64,000 bases of DNA from Antedon mediterranea (lineage: Eukaryota > Animalia > Echinodermata), in assembly GCF_964355755.1 (NCBI RefSeq), contig NC_092672.1:33176437-33240436 (forward strand), written 5' to 3'. Shown in pieces: positions 1 through 12,180 of the stretch. The notes under the pieces were generated by a model. It was not told the DNA's origin. It saw nothing but the letters and a program-made list of their open reading frames with translations, and made no database searches. Positions within the stretch are counted from its first letter, which is position 1. Each line of letters opens with the position of its first letter. The translations under genes were made by a program, and so were the position numbers.

Positions 1-115
1 GGATTTATGAAAAAATATATAAATAGATATAAAAACAATTATTTTTGGTATTATATTTCTGAAATAGGCCTATATCTTTGGAGTGAAACACGCATTAAGT
101 AAAATTTTTTCTTAC

Positions 116-3100
116 AAGTACTACGGCTAGGACACACCCCTCCGAAATATTTCTCTGTCAGCTCGTCGATGAAGCCCTCCTGTCTTAGACGCAATATTTC
201 CCGCTCGAAGCGAATTCGAAACAACGATCCCTTCGGAAGTCCTAGCCCGTAGCCTAATTTTCCAAACAAACCCCCGACTGTCATGACGTCACACGGTTCT
301 TGATTAGCCACGTAATCCAGGACAGAGGAGTCCCATATGAACGAGTAGTTTCCTTGGCGGACTCGTGCAATGCCGTCGTCGGAGTTGTCGGCATATGTGT
401 CGTATTGACGCATGAAGCCCGACATATCCTGAAAGAGCTCCAGTTTGGCGCTCTGGAAGTAAGACTGGGGCTGGCTGTTTCGTGTCGTTCCATACTTAAT
501 CTCCGTCTGATCCGCCAAATCCTCAATTGAGCTAATCCCTATAAAAGAAAGATTATTATCGTTCACAACTGAAATGGTTACGTATACCTGGCCATGTAAA
601 AACGTCATATAACGTTACGTCAAAAAAAGTATTATAAAACCTGTGTCCATCCGGGATACTGTAAAGAAAGCTGCAAGATTGGCAGTATACGTTGAGATTA
701 TGATGGTGACGGCGATCCACCAGCAACCGGCCACCACACGGCCAGGTGGTGATCTCGACTGCGAGTCTGCACCCTGTCAATTAGACAAACAATGTTTTGA
801 GCTCTGTCTGCGCTATGAAACTTTATGTGACAAAAAACAATTATGTGCCCATTATGGAGATGATGATGTCATATCATTACCATATTTGGGCATATCACTA
901 CCATATTTCGGCACATCACACTAGTTTGATAGACAGAGCTTATTTGCATGAGTACGTCAATAAAGATTGGTTCCCAATTGGACGCAATGCAAGGACGTAG
1001 ACGCACCGTAAGTGAGTTGACCAATCACAAGTGATGGATTATTCGAATTGTCATTAGTCAATGACGCTTGATTTGCGTTTACGTCCTTGCGTTGCGTCCT
1101 AGTGGTAATCAAACTTTACGAATAATACGCAAGCGAAAATGGAAAAAAAAGAAGCTAATACTAAACTATTATATAGGCCTATTATATACCTGTTGCACGA
1201 GAGAAGCATACGAAAACCACAGTGATTGGTACATATTCAACGCGTTCCTCGTATCGTATTCCGACATATCGTCGGGTTCTGCGCGCGTCAAGTACGCGCC
1301 GTAGTAACCATGTGGACTCAAGTAGCTACAGACGGAGATGACGACACCGACGAGAAACGTGGCCGCGATGACAATTATCCATAGTAGCGGTTCAAACGGT
1401 TGAAGAAAGGCAAAGAGATCAACTTCGGGGTATTCGACCTTCATCAGGAAAGTTAAGCCCAAGTCAAGATACGGTTTGGTGAAGTCGATAACTTGCTGTC
1501 GTTCGTAACTGATTGTAAAAGGCGCAACAGCGATGTCTGCCCTCTGAAATAATAATGCAATTTATTATTAAAACAGTGTTTAAGCTTAGCCCATTTTTAA
1601 TCGTGGTTCTCACTACAGGGTCAACGCAACAACTTAGACGAAGTGAGTAACAAAAGCGACAGTTGGAATCTTGTGATTGGTCAAATCACTTGTGTTGCAC
1701 TAACGTCCTTACGTTGGGTATCTAGTGGGAACCAACCAAGCATTATTTACCTCTTTCAAACCGCCGTCAGCAAAACTCCGAAGTTGCGTGGGGAGAGTGC
1801 GTCTGGAACGTGTGTGTGTGTGAGCTGCAGAGTTTTTCTAGGCGATGTGTGAAAGGGTAGAAGAATAATCTCCAACGTATAACTAGTTTTTAAGGCTTGT
1901 TCCTACAGCAACTTGTCAAATACCTGTACATGTACTTTTTAATATCCTTCAATTTTCTAATAGTAAAACAAATAATACATACCCCATACACTAGCTCCCC
2001 AACCATACCGATCCAGACTCCGTCCTCATTCATAGAGCCATAGTTAGCATCTGGTACCAGCTCAAGATCGTACGTAAAATTCATTTCTTCTTGTAATCTA
2101 CAAAGTCATTATACATGTGTTTAAGCCTGGCTCACACTGGGACGCTAAGCAATAGTCGACTCGTGATTGGTCATATTAATTGCGTTGCGCTTACGTCATT
2201 GTGTTGCGTCCTAGTGGGAACCAAGCTTTAATTAAAAAGGCCCGGACTTGTAGAGTTTGGTTCCATAATTAAAATGGTTATTTTTATGTATCTGTATGAA
2301 TCGGGCAGACACGCACACCCCCTCTTCCTGCATATCAACATCCCAAACTTTTAAACATAATTTCCCCACTAGACGAATCTATTCGCGCGCGCGAACATGA
2401 GGCGCTGGGCGCTATTGCACATGCGTATTCACATTTCCATCAATAAAAGTCGGAAATTTTGCTTAACCAATCTGTATCAGCATAAAGTTACCTTATGAGT
2501 AAATCGACGCAAAATCCCGAGAATTCACCATCTTCAAACATAACAAATGGCCGTTCCTGTCAAAGAATTAAATAACTTATGACAAAATAAGGAGATAATA
2601 ATTATATTATAACTATAGAATCTCAATATGTATAAACTTCATGCGGAAGAGTGTATAAAGCTCTGTCTACACTAACAAACTAGTTTGACAAAAAAGTGTG
2701 ATGTATCCAAATATGGTAGTGATATGCTTAAATATGGTAGTGATAAGACGTCATCGTGTCCATTATGGGACATCACATTTGTTGTCACATAAAGTTTAAT
2801 AGTGTGGACAGAGCTTAAAAAGATTGTTTACCAATATCGTAGTAACTTTTAGAGTAACATTCGATAGATCGTGCGTGCCATCCACTGGTACCGTGGTCGT
2901 GTTGCCCATAAACGTGATTTGGTTCTCGATACTCAATTCGTTTGACCAGAGTCCGACCTGAAAAAAACTCCATTTTACTACACTGAAGTCATTCCTTGTT
3001 ACGTTTCCTAGATAAATTGTATGCGCATGCGTACCTCTAACGCTCTTTTTTAAGATACATTTAGTTTAGTTAAATTTTGGAAACTTATACATTACCTTAG

Positions 3101-6100
3101 TAAACCCTTTCTTTTCCAACAAGACAATATCAAAATCTGTCGACCATGGTGTGTTCATGTTGGTAAAGTTCAAATAATTCATCACACCTTCACCGTTAGA
3201 CTGTTAAAAACGAACATAAGCAAAGAAAAGGAAAGAATTTAAACATTTAAAAAAATAGAAAGGGAGGGTACAAATTGATTTTCGTTGCTTTTGATTAATG
3301 AAATTACTTACCAGCCATACTTGGACCAATCTTATATAGTACATTCGTTAATTTTACCTTTCTAATTTTGTCAAGGAATATTTCTCCGTCTGGCCAAATC
3401 TTGGGTTCACTTGTTGAACAAATCTTCTTTGGAAATACCGGAGCTTTGATGTTAATGCCGTCTTCGGCACAGTCTGCTAGTGCGTATGCTACAGTGTACA
3501 CCGCATCGTAAGTCCTGTATACTAAACCCTGTGAGATAAGGAAATATGATGACGTAATGATCTCGCGGGTTCAGACGATTGTGGCGTTTATTATATATTT
3601 GTGAATTAGAGGTAAAGATATAGTCTAAAGCTCTGTCTACACTTCAAACTAGTTTGACAAAAAAAGTGCGATGTGCCTAAATAATAATAGTAGTGATATA
3701 CCTAAATATGATAGTGATATGACGTCATCGTGTTATATGGGCACATCACATTTCTTTGTCACATAAAGTTTGATAGTGTAGACAGAGCTTTATTGTGTTG
3801 ATAGTTTGTTAATTTTGATATGGGAGCACGCAACCTGCTCAGAAGTCCAAAGTTGGAGAAATGAAATTCAAAAAAACTTTTATCAAACAGGAGAGGGCGA
3901 TATAACAATTACTGACAACCACTGAATAGAGGACGGTATATAACATACCTCGATAGATTCAGGCCCTTTGACTTTACGTGGGTATGGCGAATTCTTCTTC
4001 CATCTCTTGACAAAGTCTTTTGTGTTGCTGTTATTGCTGCTAATCGCAGGCCGCGTTCCTATCAACCCATGCAAATGAGATGGAACAGTTTTATCAGTAT
4101 CGTAAAGTCCATCCTAAAACATCAGAAATGAATTACTGTATTTACAAATTACAGTACCTGTATACGGTACCAAATCAAGTTTTTGATAGGCTAGTACCTA
4201 TAGGCCTAAATATGTAAATTTACAAATTACAGTACCTGTATACGGCACCAAATCAAGATTTTGATAGGCATTTTTGGGTAATCATTACAATAATTCCCGT
4301 GACTGCCTCATAAACTTCTACATTGAAACAAATTACGTTTTTTGTTTTATTTATCTTGCAGTAAAAATGCAGTAACTGGAGTAGAATAATGTTAACTACG
4401 TGATTCCATAATTGTTACATTTAGGTAACAATCCTAAATCATAGGTTTATCCGATCGCGATATTAGTATAAGTTAAATTATTCACTTAATTTTTGTTCCT
4501 TTATATGCTTGTATATTCTCATTTATTAAAGTATGAAAATGCCCTTACCATAGCGGTTACCCCGTCAGTCACCACCCAGGCCCATCCTCGCCCCGTCATC
4601 CCAAGCTTCTCTGCCTCCAGCAACACGTACTTAGCGTACGGAGCCAGACAATTCAGAATAATAATTCTAGCCATTTTCTCGTCGCGTATACGTAAAAGTT
4701 GTTCGTGAATTTTTATATTAGAAGCAACTGGTGTCGGAAGGAACTGCTCGATCGTGGCTATAGACCATTGCTTGATGAGGGCAATTTTCTGAAATTCTTG
4801 AATACCGTTGATGCCTGAAAATGAATAACACGAAGTTGGAAAAGTTTCATTGGATCTTGAAAAAACTCAAATAGGTCCTACGGAAAAGATAGCTTACCAT
4901 AATCACTAAGTGACGTCACAATAGCCAGCCGCGTCCACTGAAAATGGTCGACAAGTGCGGCCAAAACTTTTCCTTGTACGCTGTCCGACGCACTCATCTT
5001 CATAAGGTATGGAAACGTTTTATTGTCCAACGAGAGCGTAGGATCTGTAGCAAATGGCGCTATTATTGGTACGTGTAACCTATCAGCAATCGGATAAACT
5101 GCCTTGACGGATGACGAGCTTACGGGTCCGATAAATGCGTGGATTCCTTTTGTCAACTGGTAACAAGCTACAGAGATATAAGTAATTGTTGAAACCTCAC
5201 GTACTTAAAAACGTAAAAATAATATTTATTTATTCATAACTATGTTACGAATTAGCTGGCCCTCGTTCAGCAGGGAATTATTTTAAAACTTGGTTCATAT
5301 TTGTATGTAACGACGTAGGCAACGCAAGTGGAGTTCACATCAGTTCTGATAATCCACTGATTGGTCAAATCACTTGCGGCGTGATTACGTCATTGCGTTG
5401 CGTCCTAGAATATGGGAACCAAGCAGCATTAGTCGCAGAATCTAATATAGGGCCCAAATGGGAACTTACTGTAGCGGCAACATTTTAGTAAAAACGATAT
5501 AATAGTATACGAAAATTGTATTTGGTCAAGATTATGGTCATGACTGGAAACTGATTAAACAATAAATTACAGGTATAAGGTCTTGTATGCATGTAATTTC
5601 ATTTATGCATTCTAAACTATATAAAAAGTATAAAAGCTACCATGTAATGTAAGTATGTATCTCAATTATCAATGTTCTATAAACACGTATAACGGTTGTG
5701 TCAAAACCTATCTTCTGCTGTGCTATAAATTAAACGACCACACCACCCACTAAGGGGCACGTGCTCAGGCCGGTTCATATTTATACGTAACGACGTAGGC
5801 AACGCAAGTGGAGTTCACATCAGTTCTGATAATCCACTGATTGGTCAAATCACTTGCGGCGTGATTACGTCATTGCGTTGCGTCCTAGAGTATGGGAACC
5901 AAGCAGCATTAGTCGCAGAATCTAATATAGGGCCCAAATGGGAACTTAATGTAGCGGCAACATTTTAGTAAAAACGATATAATAGTATACGAAAATTGTA
6001 TTTGGTCAAGATTATGGTCATGACTGGAAACTGATTAAACAATAAATTACAGGTATAAGGTCTTGTATGCATGTAATTTCATTTATGCATTCTAAACTAT

Positions 6101-8721
6101 ATAAAAAGTATAAAAGCTACCAAGTAATGTAAGTATGTATCTCAATTATCAATGTTCTATAAACACGTATAACGGTTGTGTCAAAACCTATCTTCTGCTG
6201 TGCTATAAATTAAACGACCACACCACCCACTAAGGGGCACGTGCTCAGGCCGGGTTAAATGATAGGCCTAATTCATTACATATTATGATGCATTATTGTT
6301 ATTAATTTTGACTATGAAGGGTTAAGGGTCATATGAATTTAATTTGTCTGTTCAGCTGAAAGTGACGTTTTCAAAATGTAGATGTCGAAATATCAGCGCC
6401 GATAGCGTCAAAAAGGTTATAGTACGTGGTCCGCTGGCAGTATAAATGTCATCTTCAATAATCACTTTCTTTGTCATAATCACTTTTATCATCGTCATCA
6501 TATATTCATCATGTTGCATTATTTGGTATAGATATTTATTTATTTGTTGACCATAGACCTTTGAATCGGTGGCACACACAGTATGCGGTGCGGTCCAAAA
6601 AACAACAAAAAATATGTATGTATGATTATCCCTAAAACCCTGCTGAATTAATGAATATATATAACAGGTTAAGAAATACCTGTAGTAATGTTCCCTTAAG
6701 CTTGATTCCCACTAGGACGCAACGCAATGACGTCTAGCGCATCGAAAGTAATTTGACCAATCACAAGCGATGGATTATTTGTGGTTGGTCAATTCGCTTT
6801 CGTATACTTCGTTGCGTTGTGTCCAACTGGAAAGCTCTGTCTACACTATCATAAAAAGGTGTGATGTGCCAAAATGTAGTAGTGATATTCCCAAATATTG
6901 TAGTGATACAGGCATATCACATTTTGTTGTCATATACAATTTGATAGTGTAGACAGAGCTTTAGTGTACAGTATCTTGATTGTATTACCAACCGTTTCGT
7001 ATATCTTTAAACGTATCAATGACGCCAGATGTTCCATTTGAGATGTATTCTAACTGGACATCTTTAAATTGTTTGTTATTTCGATTTATTCGTTGGATCG
7101 CCATCTCCACTGCCCTTTGACCTGTTTCCATAGATTCTACATCGCCAAATAAAGCTCCTATGTAAAATATTAAGATAAGGATATTTGTAAATAACAGAAT
7201 CGCCACTATTATTGAATGTTGCATTCACATTATAGAATCTATACTTCAACGATTCTACTATTCTTTAAGCTTGGCTCATACTGGGACCAATGACAAGCAA
7301 CAGTGCGAATAATCCATTGCTTGTGATTGGTCAAACGTTGCGTTACGTAATTGTGTTGCTTCTCAATGAGAACTTAAGCATTTAGATGTATTTTCCCCCA
7401 AAACACGAATAATAATATATAAAAAAGACGGTAATTAATAGGCCATTTTGGAGTTTTAATACAGTTATTCACTTCTTAATTTCACTAATGTGAAGTAACT
7501 TAAAATTATGACCACATGCCTCTAATATTCTAACTTTATGCATTGACAAATTGATATCTATCGCCAAGCAGGATTACTCTACTATGAATGCCTCTGTTTT
7601 TTGTCGCATCGTTAAAATTAATGTCTGAAAATGCGTCGATTGGATCCGCCACATTGACCTTTGCGCGTAAACATTAATTGTATAAGAGTTAATGAAAACA
7701 TCTTCGGATTATCCTCTCTATAAGAATTGGACAAGTGCTGGGTGATGTTAAGACTTATATCAACACCATCGCTCGCTTCACTCCCCGGGGAAGAACAGGT
7801 GACTATTAGATTAAAGGGACTTGATTGAGTTGCAATTCTTACTATATCTTACTTTTAGTTCCAAGTTCAGCTATTAAAGAGGCAGTTATTACAGGTTTCC
7901 GCGAGAAGAAATCGTTGTTTTGACTTTCGAAATTGCAGTTGTAGATTCCAAACATAATTTCCTGAGTTCGTTCGCAGATAGTGGATCATTTCAATTCAAG
8001 AAGAGCGCGTGTGACGTGTTTCCGTCAATTTGATAATGGTAGCGGCCACTATCAACCTTTATGTGAAAAAAAATGCGATGTGCCTATATATAGATATGAT
8101 GACGTCATATCACTATCGTATTTGTGCATATCACTACCATATTTGGGGAAATCATACTTTTTTGTCAAACTAGTTTGATGATGTGGAAAGAGATTTAGGC
8201 CAGTGTGTTTTTCGATTGTCTTTTGTGAGATTCATTTATCTGTATAATTACACTATTTATAATCTTCATTATACATATAATATACGATATATTATACCGT
8301 ATCATTATAATACATACATACATTCATTCATTTGAATAAATATTTTTCTTTGACAGAACAGAAATTGACGGTTCAATTTTCTTTTCTTATTTCTTTTCAT
8401 TTTTCCTTCATCTTAAAAAAAATCTTCCCATAAAGGCAAATATTTCTTCAACAACCCAACCAGTTTTTTTTCTTTTGTATTTTGTAATTAGACTATGCGT
8501 CGTGTGAAAAAGCATTCTCTACATACTAACTGCATGCTCCTCAGCTGTAAATTCTCATTCATTTTTTTTTTATCATTTTGTTAGACATAGGCCTATAGGC
8601 TGATTTGGGAATTATTCAAATTAAACTTTTACTTACCTATCAAATATTTCTTAGATGAAGAAGTTGTTATAAATGAAATGATAATAAGCAGTATAAGTGT
8701 CGTAGTCCTTTGTTGAAACAT
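116..8721 (-). CDS. Ionotropic glutamate receptor subunit (non-NMDA; Epsilon/Delta-like ligand pocket), multi-exon, 3'-partial (M4 and C-terminus beyond window start)
   Basis: GT-AG exons with compatible phases: 8637-8721 (signal peptide [23 protein letters not shown]), 6993-7157, 4898-5167, 4549-4814, 3949-4113, 3358-3528, 3096-3200, 2832-2957, 2492-2556, 1983-2097, 1190-1543, 641-773, 116-538. Motifs: ATD ([19 protein letters not shown]), S1 ([37 protein letters not shown]), M1/M2 ([23 protein letters not shown]), M3 (WW...TYTANLAAF), S2 ([25 protein letters not shown]). Confidence 0.93.
800..940. mobile_element. Palindromic MITE family A (PIF/Harbinger-like)
   Basis: TIR AGCTCTGTCT...AGACAGAGCT with internal ACTACCATATTTGGGCATATC repeats; same family as 2659-2815. 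Confidence 0.75.
963..1116. mobile_element. Palindromic MITE family B (PIF/Harbinger-like)
   Basis: Degenerate copy of AGCTTGGTTCCCACTAGGACGCAACGCAA...TTGCGTTGCGTCCTAGTGGGAACCAAGCT. Other copies at about 1610-1742, 2123-2228, 5288-5424, 5772-5904, 6698-6835, 7268-7380, 21589-21737, 47296-47456, 52660-52797. Confidence 0.75.
2123..2228. mobile_element. MITE family B copy (internally shortened)
   Basis: AGCCTGGCTCACACTGGGACGC...GCGTCCTAGTGGGAACCAAGCT flanked by TTA/TAA. Confidence 0.7.
2659..2815. mobile_element. MITE family A copy with TAA target-site duplication
   Basis: taa-AGCTCTGTCTACACT...AGTGTGGACAGAGCT-taa; a 3-bp TWA TSD is typical of PIF/Harbinger. Further copies at about 3629-3789, 6833-6960, 8047-8195, 12511-12669, 15560-15662 (partial), 32342-32470, 49465-49620, 52911-53069, 55436-55575, 58357-58522, 60052-60198. 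Confidence 0.85.
3629..3789. mobile_element. MITE family A copy
   Basis: TIRs AGCTCTGTCTACACT / AGTGTAGACAGAGCT. Confidence 0.85.
5292..6253. repeat. 480-bp direct tandem duplication in iGluR intron 2
   Basis: Units start at 5292 and 5772 (GGTTCATATTT...); about 5 substitutions seen between copies. Confidence 0.95.
6535..6610 (-). mobile_element. Retroposon 3' tail with (TAAA)n; second copy at about 33980-34047 on +
   Basis: GGACCGCACC.CATA.TGTG.GTGCCACC.ATTCAAAGGT...GGTCAACAAATAAATAAAT is shared between the two loci in opposite orientation. Confidence 0.6.
6698..6960. mobile_element. Adjacent MITE B (6698-6835) and MITE A (6833-6960)
   Basis: The right end of family B runs directly into the left TIR of family A. 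Confidence 0.75.
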
Positions 8722-10429
8722 CCTCAGTACGGATCTTCTCTCAGACGTAATGTTGAACAATTGAGGTGGTAGCAAAATAATCGATGGAGTCTGGAACTAT
8801 GGTGTGAAAGTATGCTATTGATAGGGGGCGCTACCCTAATCATCAATATCATGTTAAACATTTTTTTCTATCAACACTACCAGCCCCATTAGAATTTTAT
8901 TGTGAATAACATCTAACTGTTTATTAAAAAAAAAATGTTGTTGGCACTTAATGTCAGCGATGTTTCCGACTCGTTGCTTTTAAAGGGGAAAATATAAGTT
9001 ATTGTTGATACTTTTAACTAATATCAGGGAGTTGAACTCCCTGTTAATTTGTCCCTAAACACATTTTTTTACGTCCCACCATTCACATTCAACAAAAAAT
9101 ATTGATTAAAAAGGCCGTTTTTCTACCTTTACTCCCGCTTTACTCTTCCTAAATTCCTATCACTGTCTTTGTTCATAACTAGACTATTATGAACAAACGT
9201 TATTTCAATAGTATAGAGGGGGTACTTTCCGTTTTTGGAGAGAAAAAAAATTGTAAACAAAACCCCGAAAATACAGCCGACGTGACGGACACCTGTTTGT
9301 CTATAAATACTTGTATATCCCCTTTCTTTGCCTAAAATGTTTTTTTTATTAGTATAGTAAGTATAGTTTGATCTAATGTTTGTTTTGATAATCCATGTGC
9401 TATTCCTAAATTTGTATTAACGTGTGATTTATAAGCCTAAAAGCTAGGCCTGGCTGTAAGCCAATTTTGTTGGACAACGTGCCTGGCATATTCATTTTGT
9501 CAGCGGCTTATGTGATCAAATCCCCTGTGACAGACACGTCATGGATGATCGTATCGGAGTCCCATTTAATATTAAACATCAGACAATGTTGTCGGAACTG
9601 AACTACTGTAATATTATTAAAACAGCCTTGAATCAAATAATCTTCCCCATCATGTTTATTACGATATGTCGATATTTCACATTTACATTGTGACAAAATG
9701 TGATGATGGAGTCCTCTTTTCTTTTCGTTATTCATTTTCTTTTTTAGGCCTACCTAGAAACCGATTTGTGGTGCTTAAATAATTATGGAGATACTAGTAA
9801 ATCTGTCCTGATAGTGAATCAAATCTGGCACACCTGCTTGTGTAGGGGCTGTACAATTTAGAGGTGAGTCAACTAGTTATTTCTAGTTGAGATCCAAAGG
9901 CATATCCACAATTAAAATACAGTCCTCTTTTCCCCAGAGTATGGGCACCGCTGCGATTGCTTAACTGATTTTCCAGATATTCTGGTTAAAAATTTCTAAA
10001 TAAATACAGTAGAATCCCTATTAAAGGACACCTTCAGGGCCCAAACAAGTGTCCCATGAATAGGTTGTTCCAATTAAGATAGAACGAGAATGGGTTAACT
10101 AGACCTACTGAACTTAACTGAATCTAATTTATTGTAATGTTTTGGTCAAAATTCGCCTTAGACAAAACTCTTGAGTATGAAAGCTACTGTACTATACATA
10201 ATAAACGTGATTTATGAACACATGATGGAATGTAGCCAATTGAATGAGGAAATAACATATTTTATGATAAGAAAACAAGTTGAGTAAACGTTATAATTCA
10301 ATTTACATGTTAAAAGATTCTAAATGCATCTTAAAAAAATCGACAATCAACAATCGATTTATAAAAGTACAATATTGTTCAGTGTGTCCGTTTATTGTGA
10401 TGTGCTTTAATTAACGCAAGACATTTTAG

Positions 10430-10660
10430 AAAGAATAAATGAAATGAACATGGGGAGGGCACATGACAAGAATAACAATGGAAAAAAAGATTCACAGAAT
10501 GGTAACCAAAAACTGGACGAAGAAGACCAGGAAGTAAAAAAAGAAGGTGGAGAGACGACTTCAAGAGATACCTACTTCGAACTGGTCAATTATTTCAGAA
10601 AAAAGAGGAATTGGAAAATGTTTGAAGAGTTGCTCTCATTATCCTCAGTGAATTAAACAA
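10430..10660 (+). mobile_element. Degenerate RTE-like non-LTR retrotransposon ORF2 C-terminal remnant
   Basis: A frame with stops reads W(K)KRFTEW*PKTGRRRPGSKKRRWRDDFKRY, resembling the RTE-clade ORF2 end (W.GH..R....W.KR.TEW.P..GKR..GR.K.RW.D). Confidence 0.65.
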
Positions 10661-10746
10661 GGGAAGAGTAAAATTACATAATTTACCTGTTTAAACTAAA
10701 TTTAAAAATTCATAACTTATATAATTTTATAAGATGAAACCTTATA

Positions 10747-11226
10747 CCGTAAAACCTCGAAAAGAAGCCCATGGGCTTAAACCTCGAAAAGAAGCCCCCC
10801 TCTACAGTTTGAAAAAGTAGTCTCGAAAAGAAGCCCATCTCGAAATGAAGCCCCCCCCGGGCTTCTTTTCAAGATAGTATGGGCTTCATTTCGAGACAGA
10901 CTACTCATACTGTATTGAGATGATGACGAAATTATTGTATTTGACGGTGAATCATAGCACTGTTTTTTTGCTTTTTATATTGTTTTTTAATTGGTATATT
11001 AAACATAATTTCATGGTTGAAAAAATGTCTCAAAAGTCACATTATTGTAGTAGAAATTCACAAAATTTACAGCATTCATTTAAAAAAGAAGCCCCCCTCT
11101 ACAGTTTGCAAAAGTACTCTCGAAAAGAAGCCCATCTCCAAAAGAATCCCATCTCGAAAAGAAGCCCATCCAAGAGCACTAATAAAAAAAGAAGAAGCCC
11201 ATGGGCTTCTTTTCGAGGTTTTACGG
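10747..11226. mobile_element. Tc1/mariner (pogo/Tc2-like) MITE with TA TSD
   Basis: ta-CCGTAAAACCTCGAAAAGAAGCCCATGGGCTT ... AAGCCCATGGGCTTCTTTTCGAGGTTTTACGG-ta; many internal CTCGAAAAGAAGCCC repeats. Confidence 0.88.
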
Positions 11227-12180
11227 TAGAATAAATTCTCAATGAGACTAATCATAATTTAAACTTAGGAAGCTTATTTTTGAATAATCACACACTATTT
11301 ATCGCGGTGACTGCCTCATAAACATCCACTTTGAAACATACTAAAAAATCATACATTATTGCAGTAAAAAAAATCTGGTTACTGCAGTAAATGCAGTAGA
11401 ATAATTTTGACATGATCCCTTATTTTGATTATTCTCTACTGAAACATCTACAACACATTGTTGTTAAATTCATAGATATTGATAATAAAGACACTCTGTA
11501 ATACAATTGATTGCACAGTGAAAAATGTACAAAGTTGAATAGAATTGACTGCTATATAATGAATTAAGAGTCAAAATGTGTCTTAGAATTACAATTAATT
11601 ACAGCTCAGACTGTCGTAATCTGCTGTCAATTTTCTCTGTGTCAGAGGTCATTTATGAAATTGTCAGTGGAGCCCTAAAGAGTCAACAACATTTAGGCAA
11701 TGTCTGTTAACACCTATGTGAAACAGTAGCAGTAATATGCATAGGAAATAACATTATATCTCATAATAACAGATTGACATTTTAATCAAATCAGCTGTTT
11801 CCATCCTAATAAATATTTCTAGCCTCATTCGCTTTTAACTATACTAAACGATGTGTATCGTTGGTCAACTACAGTAGTCCTTATTTCTGCAGCTTTTTTT
11901 GTCATAGTAATTTACAGTTAAAGGTACAGTACTATAGAGATCTATTTAAAGTCTGTGTTATAATTTGTTTTAATTGTATTTAATTTATATTTTACAGTTA
12001 TTTTAAACTTTAATAAATTCTAACAAGCAGATTGTTCCAGGAAGATTGCAACAAAAGCCTAGTTAGTAATCATGTATGCTGTATACATTAATCTTAAAAC
12101 TATTTTTTTTTGTATTTGATAGATTTGTAAGTGGAGCATTTACTAATGAAATTGTTGAAGCTTAGTGAGTAACGACGACG

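Noticed and set aside
6985-7224. [15 protein letters not shown]... as the iGluR start exon
   Set aside because: Its hydrophobic N-terminus is intronic. A clean acceptor at 7158 and a better signal-peptide exon at 8637-8721 with matching phase exist.
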